Positions 20,011-29,899 of a stretch of DNA of 64,000 nt are shown in pieces (within the stretch, counting starts at the first letter, position 1; the number at the start of each line of letters is the position of its first letter). Origin of the DNA: an uncultured Candidatus Rokubacteria bacterium (lineage in GTDB: Bacteria > Methylomirabilota > Methylomirabilia > Rokubacteriales > DASRDR01); NCBI GenBank assembly GCA_963708025.1, contig CAVPSB010000044.1:1-64000 (forward strand). The letters run 5' to 3'. The translations under genes and the position numbers were made by a program. Under the pieces are notes generated by a model. It did not search any database. It was not told the origin of the DNA and saw nothing but the letters and a program-made list of their open reading frames with translations.

Positions 20011-21926
20011 CTACGCCGGCACGAGGATCTGGATCTCGCCGGGCGCCAGCACGACGAAGAGCGCCGCCGTGCGCGCCGGCGCGCCGGGCTGGTTGGCCTC
20101 GTTCCAAAAGACGGCGTTCGTCAGCAGCTGGACCGTGCCCCTGCCGGCCGTCGCCTTGTTGCTGAACGCGACCTCGTACGTCTGCGGCGTCTCGTTGAGA
20201 TCCAGGTCGACGATCACCATCCCCCGCCAGGGCGGCCGGGCGGGGTTGCCCTCCGTGTTGGCGACGATCAGCACCTCGCGACCGGCCAGCGTCCGCGAGA
20301 ACGCGAGGATGCCGCCGTCGCCGGCGGGCATCCCGAAGTCGACGCCGTTGCCCGCGACCTGCCGGAAGTAGAGGCGCCCGTAACGCAGCGCCGGCTCGGC
20401 GTCGCGAAGGCGGGCCAGGGCCTTCACCGCCAGGTACGTGGCCCCGGTCTGCGAGAAGGCGTTCGGCTTGCCCCACAACGCCTCGCGGACGCCCTCGTAC
20501 TGCGGCCTCGCTGGCCTGGTGCCGTCGAGGTCCTGCTCGGTGCCGTAGTAGAGGGAGGGGATCCCCTGCAGCGCGAACATCGCCGCCAGGGCCAGGGAGA
20601 CCTGATCCGGCGGCGTCTGCGGGTGGCGGATGCGCTCGGACTGGTCGTGGTTGTCGAGGAAGCTCACGAAGTAGCGGCCCGCCTCGCCGTGCGAGCTGAG
20701 CAGCTCCGCCTCGTGCCGCTTGCGGGCCTCGAAGACCTCGCGGATCGATTCGACCCGGGCCTGCCCCTTGGCCACCCCCGGCAGCCTGAAGAAGAGCGGA
20801 AAGTCGAGCGCCGCATCGATGCCGAAGCCGGCGTCGGGCCCGCCGCCGTTGCGGCCCACGAAGGCGGCGACCGCGGGCTCCTCGTCGTAGATCTCGCCGA
20901 ACGTGAAGAAGTTCTTCTTGCCGATGCTGAGCGCGAACTCGCGCACGGCGTTGCCGAAGGTCTCGATCATGTCGGGATGGACGTACTTGACCGTGTCGAT
21001 GCGAAAGCCGTCGAAGTCGTAGCGCGCGATGAGATAGAGGTGCGCCTTGATGAGGACGTCGAGCACGGGGAAGCGGCCGCGCCGGCGCCGCAGCGCCGGG
21101 TCGCCGGCCGCGTCGGCGTCGTACTCGACGACGAGCTGCCTCATCGAGCCGAAGTCGCCGCGCACGAACCCGCCCGGGCCCGGCGGGACCTTGTCGTCGA
21201 GCTTGCCGCCGCGCCGGCGGAACAGATCGGCGCGCTGCAGCTCGCTCGGCCAGACCGCGTCGTCGGCCGAGAGCTGCGCGGGGGCGGAAGCGTGTTCCTC
21301 CAGTCGGGACGCAGGAACCCGAAGCCGTTCAGCCACTGGATGGCGGGCTCGCTGCCCAGCGAGCCGCCCATCACGCTGCCGTCCTGGAAGTCGGCCACCG
21401 TGCCGCCCGCGCGCTCGTAGTCGAAGACGCGCGCCGCGTGGTTGAGGACGATGTCGAGGATGACGTACATGCCGCGCGCGTGCGCGTCGTCAACGAGGGC
21501 GCGCAGCTCCAGCTCCGCCGTGGCGCGCGTGCCGTCGGAGGCCAGCCGCTCGTCCAGGTTCAGGAAGTCCTGCGCGGCGTAGCCGTGATAGTTGAACGCC
21601 CACTGCGGCGGCTTCGCGTTCTTGAGCACCGGTGACAGCCAGATGGCCCTGACGCCCAGGTCCTGGAGGTAGGGCAACCGCTCGCGCGCCCCCGCGAGAT
21701 CGCCGCCCTGCCGGAACCCGTAGACGCCGTCCCACGGCACGGGCGCGGCCGCCTGCGTGCTGGCCGGCGGCAGGCCGCCGTGCCGGTTGAAGCGGTCGAT
21801 CAGCAGAAAGTAGATCCAGACGTCCCGCCAGTCGGTGGGCGATGGGAAGGGAGGCGTGGGGAGCTGTCCTCGCTGGGCGCGGGCGAGTAGCGCGCGGACC
21901 TCGGCGTCGTCGATGGAGGTGGGCAT
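20011..21926 (-). pseudogene. GH13 alpha-amylase-family glycosidase, frameshift near 21282
   Basis: IYFLLIDRF, YHGY, VILDIVLNH in one frame; FDGFRIDTVKY, GE, FLDNHD, YYGTEQ in the next; break at a G run. Confidence 0.85.
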
Positions 21927-22199
21927 GGGTCCCTCGGAAGAACGTTACGCGAGACCTTTACGCAAGACCGGGCGGATCTTCCCGCGCCCGGGGCAAGATC
22001 GCCCACGGGAACCGAGAACGTAGGCGGTCCTGGCCACGTTTCTGTGTCCCGTTCTCCGCGCCCCGGCCCCCCCCTCGCGGCGTCGGCCACGCCTCCAGCG
22101 GCGCGCCCGAACGATAGCGCGTCGCCGGTGGGTCCGGCAAGGGCATCGGAAACGCGGAGTGGTGGGGTCAGAACCAGCCCCCCGAGCCGGCTAAGTGCC

Positions 22200-23508
22200 T
22201 GTCCCTTCTGCTTACTCCGTCCGCCTCGTCAACATTGAACTTCCGTCCGGCCCGATGGATGATGGCCGCCATGCTCACCCTCATCCTCACCGGCCTCCTC
22301 CGCGGGATCCGGGCCCAGCACGCCCTGGTGCTCGAGAACCTCGCGCTGCGCCATCAGCTGGCCGTCCTCCGACGGACCGCGCCGCGTCCACGCCTGCGAC
22401 CCTCCGGGTCCTGCTCGCCCGCCTGTGGCACGGCTGGGCGGAGGCCGTCCTGCTCGTCAAACCCGAGACCGTCATCCGGTGGCAGCGGACAGGCTTCAGG
22501 CTGTTTTGGACCTGGAAGAGCCGCCGGCCCGGGCCCGGCCGCCCCGCCGTCGCCCCCGAGGTCCGCGCGCTGATCCGCACCATGGCTCGCGCCAACCCCC
22601 TGTGGGGCGCACCCCGCATCCACGGCGAACTCCAGAAACTCGGCCTCGAGATCTCCCAGGCCACGGTCTCCAAGTACCTGGTCCGCCGTCGAACGCCTCC
22701 GTCGCAGACTTGGCGCACGTTCCTCGACAACCACATCGGGAGCCTCGTCTCCGTGGATTTCTTCACCGTGCCCACGGTGCTATTCAAGGTCTTGTTCGTC
22801 TTCGTCGCCCTCTCGCACGACCGGCGACGCGTCGTCCACGTCAACGTCACCGACGCCCCCACCGCTCAGTGGACGGCCCAGCAGATCGTGGAGGCGTTCC
22901 CCTGGGACACGGCGCCGCGCTACCTCTTGCGCGACCGCGATGCGGTCTACGGGGTCGTGTTCTCGCGCCGGGTCCACGCCCTGGGGATCCACGAGGTGAA
23001 GATTGCACCGCGCGCCCCATGGCAGAATCCCTATGTCGAGCGCCTCATCGGGACCCTGCGCCGCGAGTGCCTCGACCACGTGGTCGTGCTCAGCGAGACC
23101 CACCTGCGTCGCCTGCTGCACGCGTATCTTGGCTACTACCACGGCGCCCGGACTCACCTGTCCCTCGACAAGGATGCCCCGGAACCGAGACCGGTGGAGC
23201 GCCCCGCCAGCGGCCGGATCGTCCAGACGCCCCTGGTCGGCGGCCTCCATCACCGGTACAGCCGCCGGGCAGCATAGGCCCAGACCGGCGGGGTAGCTCG
23301 GCCAGGCTGACGTCGATGGCGAGGCGAGGGGGTGTCCCTTCCGGCCAAGGCTTCTCTTCCCTCCCGCCGGCCGGATGTTCGGACCCACGGTCATTGGCAA
23401 CGTTCTGCTCGGGATCGGTGTCCTTCCTCAGTGAGGGGCGGTGCCGCCCGACCGCCAACCGCCCGTGGTCCCTCCATGAGCACCCGGGATGGTTAAGCGG
23501 AAGGGACA
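22200..23508 (+). mobile_element. IS481-like element with TGT...ACA ends
   Basis: IRL TGTCCCTTCTGCTTA, IRR TAAGCGGAAGGGACA (14/15); about 230 bp non-coding 3' region. Confidence 0.88.
22262..23277 (+). pseudogene. rve transposase with frameshifting deletion near 22405
   Basis: LENLALRHQLAVLRR...RLRPS, frame change (expected DRLFW-like segment missing), VLLARLW...NPLWGAPRIHGEL, VDFF, RDRD, ERLIGTLRREC. Confidence 0.85.
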
Positions 23509-23527
23509 GGCAACGCGCCGAGTCGAT

Positions 23528-24538
23528 TCAGAGATCCGTGAGGCCGAGGCCACGCGCTTCGAGGCGTGCCCGGAGCTTCCGGAGCCCGGCGCCCTCGATC
23601 TGGCGGATGCGCTCCCGGGTGAGGCCCAGGCGCTGGCCGATGGCCTCGAGGGTCATGGGGGGCTCGTCGCCGTCCAGGCCGAAGCGGAGAGCGAGGACCT
23701 GGCGCTCGTTGGCCGGAAGTGCGTCGAGCATCTCCCGGACGTCCGCCCGCTGGCGGAGGAGCGTGGCGACGCGATCCGTGCCCAGCTGGTCCGGGTCGGA
23801 CATGACGTCCCGGAGAACGCCGCCCCCCTCCCCCACCGGAGTCTCCAGCGAGAGCGGCGTCGCCGCGACTTCCTCGAGCCCTTCCAGCTGCTCGATCGGG
23901 ACCTTGAGGTCCCGGGCGATCTCGGCGAGCGACGGCGGGCGGTCCAGCTCTCGGGTGAGTCGCTCCTTGGCGCGGCGGTACTTCGCGTAGAGCAGCTCGA
24001 TGTGGACCGGAAGGCGGATCAGGCGCGCCTGGTTGGCGAGGGCCCGGACGATCGTCTGCCGGATCCACCACACCGCGTAGGTCGAGAACCGCGTGCCCCG
24101 GTCCCAGCGGAACTTGCGGACCGCGCGCAGGAGGCCGAGGTTGCCCTCCTCGATCAGGTCGAGCAGCGACAGGCCCCGATTCACGTAGCGCCGGGCGACC
24201 ATGACGACGAGGCGGAGGTTGGCCTCCACCATGCGCCGCTCGGCGTCGGTGTCACCGGCCGCCACCCGCTTGGCGAGCTCGACCTCCTGCTCGCGGGTGA
24301 GCAGCGGGATGCGGCGGATCTCGGCGAGGTAGGCGGCCAGGGCGTTGCGCGCGACCGGTCCGGCGTCCTCCTCCCCGGCGCCCGCCGTCTCGACGTCCTC
24401 CAGCTCCTCGGCCGCCTCGGGCTCGGGCTCGGGGTCGCCCGCGACCTCTGCGTCCGGAGGGGTGCCCGCCTCGTCGACGAGCGGCTCTTCGACCGGCTCG
24501 TCGGGGGCGGGCCCGCCGCCACGACTCCGGGGACTCAT
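23528..24538 (-). CDS. Sigma-70 family factor, RpoS-like (no region 1.1)
   Basis: YLAEIRRIPLLTREQE, ANLRLVV, DLIEEGNLGL, RFSTYAVWWIRQ, LTRERIRQIE. Confidence 0.92.
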   Translation of the reverse strand: MSPRSRGGGPAPDEPVEEPLVDEAGTPPDAEVAGDPEPEPEAAEELEDVETAGAGEEDAGPVARNALAAYLAEIRRIPLLTREQEVELAKRVAAGDTDAERRMVEANLRLVVMVARRYVNRGLSLLDLIEEGNLGLLRAVRKFRWDRGTRFSTYAVWWIRQTIVRALANQARLIRLPVHIELLYAKYRRAKERLTRELDRPPSLAEIARDLKVPIEQLEGLEEVAATPLSLETPVGEGGGVLRDVMSDPDQLGTDRVATLLRQRADVREMLDALPANERQVLALRFGLDGDEPPMTLEAIGQRLGLTRERIRQIEGAGLRKLRARLEARGLGLTDL

Positions 24539-24834
24539 CAGGCCTCGGAGAAGCGGACGCCGAAGTCCCGGTAGTGTCCGGTGTAGGTCCCCGGCGTCAC
24601 CGTGACCCGCTCCACACACGCCAGGGGTGGGCCGATCTCCAGATCGTGCAGGTACTCGTCAATCGTCTGCCGGTTGCCTTCGACGCGGACCTTCACCCGA
24701 CCGTCGGGCAGGTTGAGGGCGTAGCCCGTGAGACCTCGCTCGCGGGCGCGGCGCAGGGCGAAGGCCCGGTACCCAACGCCCTGCACCAGGCCTTCCACCA
24801 GGACCTCCACCCCGGCCAGCGCGGCGGGCGTCAT
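24538..24834 (-). CDS. acyP: Acylphosphatase
   Basis: GLVQGVGYR, GYALNLPDGRV. Confidence 0.92.
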   Translation of the reverse strand: MTPAALAGVEVLVEGLVQGVGYRAFALRRARERGLTGYALNLPDGRVKVRVEGNRQTIDEYLHDLEIGPPLACVERVTVTPGTYTGHYRDFGVRFSEA

Positions 24835-24908
24835 GGCGCCGCTCCGCTCAGGGTGTCAACGGCGGGACCATCAACCCCGGCCGGGATGACGGGGAGCGGC
24901 GGGGGGAA

Positions 24909-24985
24909 TGGTCGGGGCGACTGGATTTGAACCAGCGACCTCCTGCTCCCGAAGCAGGCGCGCTACCAAGCTGCGCTACGCCCCG
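24909..24985 (-). tRNA. tRNA-Pro(CGG)
   Basis: CGGGGCGTAGCGCAGCTTGGTAGCGCGCCTGCTTCGGGAGCAGGAGGTCGCTGGTTCAAATCCAGTCGCCCCGACCA. Confidence 0.97.
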
Positions 24986-25045
24986 ATCCTTCGCATGCGG
25001 CGACCCGGCGACCCCGGGGCCCCGTCGGCCGCATCAAGCGGCCGA

Positions 25046-25729
25046 TCACTCTTCCCATCCATAGCGGCCCACCAGCTTGACGAAGACGCAGCCGCAGTCG
25101 GTGGTGGTCCGCATCTGGCCGTCCACCTTCTCGACCAGGTGCAGCGTCTGCGACTGGGCCTCTCCGATGGGTACCACCATTCGGCCCTTCTCCGCAAGCT
25201 GCTGGAACAGCGGGCTCGGCACCGCCGGGGCGCCAGCCGTGATCAGGATCCGGTCGAACGGGGCCTCGTCCGGCCAGCCGTACGTCCCGTCGCCGGTCCG
25301 GATCACGGCGTTCGTGTAACCCAGCTCCTCCAGGACCCGGCGGGCCCGCGCCGCCAGCGTCGGCAGCCGCTCGATCGAGCACACCCGCCGCGCCAGCTCG
25401 GCCAGGACCGCCGTCTGGTACCCGGAGCCGCTCCCGATCTCCAGCACCTTCTCGGTCCCCTGGAGCCCGAGGAGCTGGCTCATCGCCGCCACCATGTATG
25501 GCTGCGAGATCGTCTGCCCCTCGCCGATCGGCAGCGGGTGATCACCGTACGCCCGATCCCGCAGCGCCTCTTCCACGAACAGATGGCGCGGTACCTTCCG
25601 CATCGCGTCCAGCACCCGCGCGTCCGTTATGCCGCGACGCGCGAGCTGCTCGTCCGCCATGCGCTCGCGCTCGCGACCCGCCCGGGCCTCCTGCCAGCCG
25701 TTGCCGGACCCAGGCGCCTTGCCGAACAC
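25046..25729 (-). CDS. pcm: Protein-L-isoaspartate O-methyltransferase (start uncertain)
   Basis: VPRHLFV, QTISQPY, VLEIGSGSGYQ, APFDRI. Confidence 0.93.
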   Translation of the reverse strand: MFGKAPGSGNGWQEARAGRERERMADEQLARRGITDARVLDAMRKVPRHLFVEEALRDRAYGDHPLPIGEGQTISQPYMVAAMSQLLGLQGTEKVLEIGSGSGYQTAVLAELARRVCSIERLPTLAARARRVLEELGYTNAVIRTGDGTYGWPDEAPFDRILITAGAPAVPSPLFQQLAEKGRMVVPIGEAQSQTLHLVEKVDGQMRTTTDCGCVFVKLVGRYGWEE

Positions 25730-25734
25730 CGGGC

Positions 25735-26547
25735 TCAGCCGCGACGCGCCCGGCGCCGAGGCCGTGGTCCCTTGTCGCCGGAGTCCGCTTCCCACGCTTT
25801 CAGGGCCTGGAGCCCGTCGTAGCTCGTCAGGTCCAGGTGCAACGGCGTCACCGACACGTACCCGGCGTGCACCGCCGCGAAGTCCGTGTCCTCCCCGGCC
25901 TCCCAGGCCGGTGGGCCCGCGCCGATCCAGTAGTACACCTTGCCGCGCGGATCGCGCTGCTCCGTCACCTTCTCGCTGTAGACCCGGCGCCCGAGTCGCG
26001 TCATCCGTCGACCCCGCGGCTCTCCCCGGGGCACGTTCACGTTCAGGAGCGTGACGCCGCTCTCGCGGTCCCCCAGCAGGAGCCGGGTCAGCTCCACGGC
26101 CGCCCGGGCCGCCGGCCCGTAGTCGGCGCTTTCACCCGCCTCGACCAGCGAGACCGCCAGCGACGGCACCCCGAGGAGGCTGCCCTCCATCGCCGCCGAC
26201 ACCGTCCCCGAGTAGGTCACGTCGTCGCCCAGGTTCGAGCCGCTGTTGATCCCGGAGACGACCACGTCGGGCCGAACCGGCAAGATCCCGAGGATCGCCA
26301 GGTTGACGCAGTCGGTCGGGGTCCCGTTGACCGAGAACCGCCGCGCGGCCAGCGGCTCCACCCGGAGCGGCCGGTGAAGCGTCAGCGCATGTCCCACGGC
26401 GCTCTGCTCGCGATCCGGCGCCACCACGTACACTTCACCGAGCGCTTCGAGGGCCGTGGCCAGCGCGGCCAGCCCGGGCGCGTGGATCCCGTCGTCGTTC
26501 GAGACCAGGATGTTCGGGCTGCTCCTCGACCGGCCGGAGGACATCAT
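25735..26547 (-). CDS. surE: 5'/3'-nucleotidase SurE
   Basis: ILVSNDDGIHAPG, GTPTDCV, SGINSGSNLG, YSGTVSAA. Confidence 0.96.
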   Translation of the reverse strand: MMSSGRSRSSPNILVSNDDGIHAPGLAALATALEALGEVYVVAPDREQSAVGHALTLHRPLRVEPLAARRFSVNGTPTDCVNLAILGILPVRPDVVVSGINSGSNLGDDVTYSGTVSAAMEGSLLGVPSLAVSLVEAGESADYGPAARAAVELTRLLLGDRESGVTLLNVNVPRGEPRGRRMTRLGRRVYSEKVTEQRDPRGKVYYWIGAGPPAWEAGEDTDFAAVHAGYVSVTPLHLDLTSYDGLQALKAWEADSGDKGPRPRRRARRG

Positions 26548-26583
26548 GCGATCGCCTGGTCCCGAAGTCCGCGTGACGAGCGC

Positions 26584-26611
26584 ATTATACCCACCTCGCT
26601 CCGCATTGCAA
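26584..26611 (-). promoter_or_regulatory. Sigma-70 promoter of surE-pcm
   Basis: TTGCAA-N16-TATAAT. Confidence 0.65.
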
Positions 26612-26812
26612 CCTCGCCCGGCACGCTAACGGCGCGCGCGAGGTTTCCACCGGGGGGATCTCGACGGGGCCACCGGACGCCGAGCGGCCGATGCCGCGCG
26701 CCGGGTTGCTGACCGGATCGGACCGGCCGGCCGGACCCCTTGACTGGAATGCCCAGCGCCGGGTCCGGCCGGTCGTCAACGCGTCGGGGGTCGCGGAGGG
26801 ATCGGTCGGAAG

Positions 26813-26889
<77 letters not shown>

Positions 26890-26904
26890 GATCAGTTTCG
26901 CATT

Positions 26905-27315
26905 CTACGTGGTCCCGCGCCGGCGTTCAAGCGTTCCATCGCCGGGGCCGCGCAGGATCTTCCGCATGCCCTCCAGATGCGCGCGGAGGCCCCGCAACAC
27001 ATCGAGGGTCTGCGGGTCGGGGCCAGGAAGCTCGAGCTGCTCGACGCGGCTCCGCGCCTCGTTCAGGAGCCGCTTCTTGGCCCCCTCCAGCGTCAGCCGG
27101 TCCTCGTAAAGCAACCGCTTGATGCGCAGGACCAGTTCGATGTCACCCTTCCGGTACACCCGCTGTCCGGCGTGGTTCTTCCGGGGCCGGAGGAGCTTGA
27201 ACTCCGACTCCCAGTAGCGCAGGACGTACGGCGGCACTCCAGTGAGGTCGGCCACCTCGCCGATCCGGAAGAACAGCTTGTCGGGAATCGGGACGTCCAC
27301 GCTCGCCGGGCTCAT
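26905..27315 (-). CDS. MerR-family regulator (ihfA-linked)
   Basis: [13 protein letters not shown]...[10 protein letters not shown]...GQRVY. Confidence 0.92.
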   Translation of the reverse strand: MSPASVDVPIPDKLFFRIGEVADLTGVPPYVLRYWESEFKLLRPRKNHAGQRVYRKGDIELVLRIKRLLYEDRLTLEGAKKRLLNEARSRVEQLELPGPDPQTLDVLRGLRAHLEGMRKILRGPGDGTLERRRGTT

Positions 27316-27323
27316 GCCCCGAC

Positions 27324-27608
27324 CTACTGCTGGTTCACATGCGCCTTCAGCCCCTTGGACGGCTTGAAGGTCAGGACACGCCGCGCGGTGATCTCGATCT
27401 CGTCGCCTGTCTGCGGGTTGCGCCCCTTGCGAGAGGACTTCTTGCGCACGCGGAAGTGCCCGAAGCCGACGATCTTCACGTCGTTCCCCTGCTCGAAGGC
27501 GTGGAGCATCTGGTCGAACACGGACTCGACCACCGCCGCCGACTGCCGCTTCGAGAGCCCGTGCGCCGCTACGGCGTTGATGAGGTCATTCTTGGTCAGA
27601 GGTGCCAC
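27324..27608 (-). CDS. ihfA: Integration host factor alpha
   Basis: LTKNDL, VKIVGFGHF, GRNPQTG, ITARRVLTFKPS. Confidence 0.9.
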   Translation of the reverse strand: MAPLTKNDLINAVAAHGLSKRQSAAVVESVFDQMLHAFEQGNDVKIVGFGHFRVRKKSSRKGRNPQTGDEIEITARRVLTFKPSKGLKAHVNQQ

Positions 27609-27847
27609 CCCCCTTCGTCATCACGGATTCGGAGATCCAGGCCACGTACGGCTCGACCCGACCCCTCCAGGAGGAGATCGAGCGGAAACCCGGCAGGATG
27701 TTCACACAGGGCAGCCAGGTGTCCGGGAACGACCGCGGCCGCCATCCGCTCCGACCTCGAACGGGGCACGACAAGCAGCATGAGAACATCTCCCGACCGC
27801 GACACCTGCTCCGCCCCGACGCTTCGTTCAGCGCCCGCGAACCGAAC

Positions 27848-28717
27848 TCAGCGTTCGCGAACGATGACGCCCTCGTATCCCTTCGCAGTCAGCTCGCCCC
27901 GCGCCCGCTCGGCCTCCTCGGCCGTGGGGTAGGCGCCGACCCGGACGACCCGGAACGCCGCCGAGCTCGCCTCTCGCTCCAGCCGGACCCGGATGCCGTG
28001 CGCCTTGAGCTGCCGGGAGGTCTCCACGGCGGCCCGCAGCGGCACCGGCTGGGTGACCGCGGCGCCGTCACCGGCCAGCTCGGGGGAGAAGCCCAGCTCG
28101 CGAAGGCGCTGGACGAGGGCCTCGCGCCCGTCGCCCTCGGACGGCACGGCCAGGACCCGGTAGGTGGTCCGGCTCTCCTCCATCAGGTTGGTGACCACCT
28201 CGAGACCCTCACCGCGCAGCCGCTCGATCAGGCGATCGGCGTTCCGGTGATCGAGGAACGCGCCCACCTGGATGCGGTACACGCCGGCGCCCGCCGGGAT
28301 CGGCGGCGCCACCGGCCGGGCTGCGGAAGTCGTGCCCGACTTCGGCACGTCGGCGGTCTCGACCGGCGGCGTTGTCTTCGCGGCGCCGTTCGCCGGCGCC
28401 TTGTCCGGTGCGCGTGACGCAGGCCGCGCGGGCTCGGGCGGCTCGGGCACGGCGACGGCGACGGGCGGTGGCGCAGGCGCGACCTCGACCGCCTTGGCCG
28501 GCGTGACGGGCACGACCGGCGCGACCGGCGCCATCCGGACACGGGGCGCCGCCGGTGCCCCCTGCCCGCTTCGCAGCCAGCCGCTCACGGGCGGCCCGAT
28601 CAGCAGAGCCAGGATCACCACGATCCCGCCGCCAAAGATAAAGCGGAACCACGGGGCGGTGAAGAGGCTCGGCCGTCGCCGCATCCGATGGGAGACATCC
28701 GACCTGTAGTGTCTCAT
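27848..28717 (-). CDS. SPOR-domain membrane protein
   Basis: Single TM, Pro/Ala linker, YRIQVGAF...NA, VVRVGAYPTAEEA. Confidence 0.8.
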   Translation of the reverse strand: MRHYRSDVSHRMRRRPSLFTAPWFRFIFGGGIVVILALLIGPPVSGWLRSGQGAPAAPRVRMAPVAPVVPVTPAKAVEVAPAPPPVAVAVPEPPEPARPASRAPDKAPANGAAKTTPPVETADVPKSGTTSAARPVAPPIPAGAGVYRIQVGAFLDHRNADRLIERLRGEGLEVVTNLMEESRTTYRVLAVPSEGDGREALVQRLRELGFSPELAGDGAAVTQPVPLRAAVETSRQLKAHGIRVRLEREASSAAFRVVRVGAYPTAEEAERARGELTAKGYEGVIVRER

Positions 28718-28762
28718 GTAAGAAATCCCCAATGGCCACGTGATTTTAGGCCGGCAGCCATG

Positions 28763-29503
28763 TTAGCACACGGGGTCGCTCCCACCAACCTTCCCGATGT
28801 CCGGCGGGGGCTCAGGTCGGACGTCTGCCGGGACGACCGCCGCACCGACCGCCCGATGCGGCACGGACGGGCGGCTATCCCAACCCTCCAGGCTCTCGGC
28901 GAGACGATAGCAGCGCTCGGCGGCGGCCGCCTGGCCGAGCCGCGCCAGCGCGTCGCCCGCGTGCTTGATGACGAGGGCACGCGTGGCCGGGTCGCGGAGC
29001 CCGGAGTCGGCCAGCGCCGCGCGAAACGCGTCGAGCGCTTCGCGCGGCTCGCCCTTCCGAAGGAGCGCGGAGCCGAGCGTGTCGAGGTAGTAGCCGCGCG
29101 GAGCGGGGTCGCGCGCCAGCGCGGCCCGGACGAGCGGCTCGGCCTCGGGCCAGCGCTCGGCGTGCTGGAGTAGGGCCCAGGCGAGGTTGTTGGCGATCCC
29201 GACGTCGTCGGGACGTTGGACCCGGGCCGCCTCGTAGGCCACGATGGCGGCGTCGATCGCGCCCCGGGCCTGCTCGGCGTCTCCCAGATTGACGAGGGCG
29301 CGAGTGAAGCCGGGGCGCTGGTCGAGCGCCCGCCGAAAGGATCGCGCCGCCGCCGCGTATTCGCCCTGGCGGTAGTAGGCGACGCCGAGGTCGTTGTGCT
29401 CCTCGGCCGAGAGGGCCACCATCGGCCGGGGTGGAGCCGCCGCGCAGCCGGCCGACAGGACGAGCGCGGCGACCAGGAACAGTCGGAGCGGGGATCCCGG
29501 CAT
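28763..29503 (-). CDS. TPR-repeat lipoprotein
   Basis: Lipobox SAGC; HNDLGVAYY, LVNLGD, NNLAWAL, YLDTLG. Confidence 0.85.
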   Translation of the reverse strand: MPGSPLRLFLVAALVLSAGCAAAPPRPMVALSAEEHNDLGVAYYRQGEYAAAARSFRRALDQRPGFTRALVNLGDAEQARGAIDAAIVAYEAARVQRPDDVGIANNLAWALLQHAERWPEAEPLVRAALARDPAPRGYYLDTLGSALLRKGEPREALDAFRAALADSGLRDPATRALVIKHAGDALARLGQAAAAERCYRLAESLEGWDSRPSVPHRAVGAAVVPADVRPEPPPDIGKVGGSDPVC

Positions 29504-29507
29504 GAGG

Positions 29508-29885
29508 TCAGGGCCGGGAGATGACCCGGCGCCCCATCAGCTCGAGGGTCAGCACGACCAGGAGCGCGACGACGATGATGACCGCGAGGATCGCCGCGGC
29601 GCTTCCGCCGGCGCCGATCTCGTCGAGGCGGTCGGCGAGCGCGTGCCGCTCGGCGTCGGACAGGGCCGCCACCCGGGCGCGCGCTTCCTCGGGACTCACA
29701 CCGAGCGCCACCAGATGGGCGAGCACCAGACGGGTCTCGAGGCCTGCCGGGTCGGCCTCGGGTGACGCCGTCGTGGCCGGGGGCAGCGGCGCCGTTTCGG
29801 CCGCGCTCGGGAGGAAGCCGAGCACGACCGCCCACAGGAGAATGGGCAGGACGATGCGGGGCCGGACGAGCAGGCGACGCATCAT
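29508..29885 (-). CDS. PA2779-like protein
   Basis: LVALGVSPEEARARVAALSDAE...AGG followed by a C-terminal TM. Confidence 0.7.
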   Translation of the reverse strand: MMRRLLVRPRIVLPILLWAVVLGFLPSAAETAPLPPATTASPEADPAGLETRLVLAHLVALGVSPEEARARVAALSDAERHALADRLDEIGAGGSAAAILAVIIVVALLVVLTLELMGRRVISRP

Positions 29886-29899
29886 GCGGTGTCCTCCGG

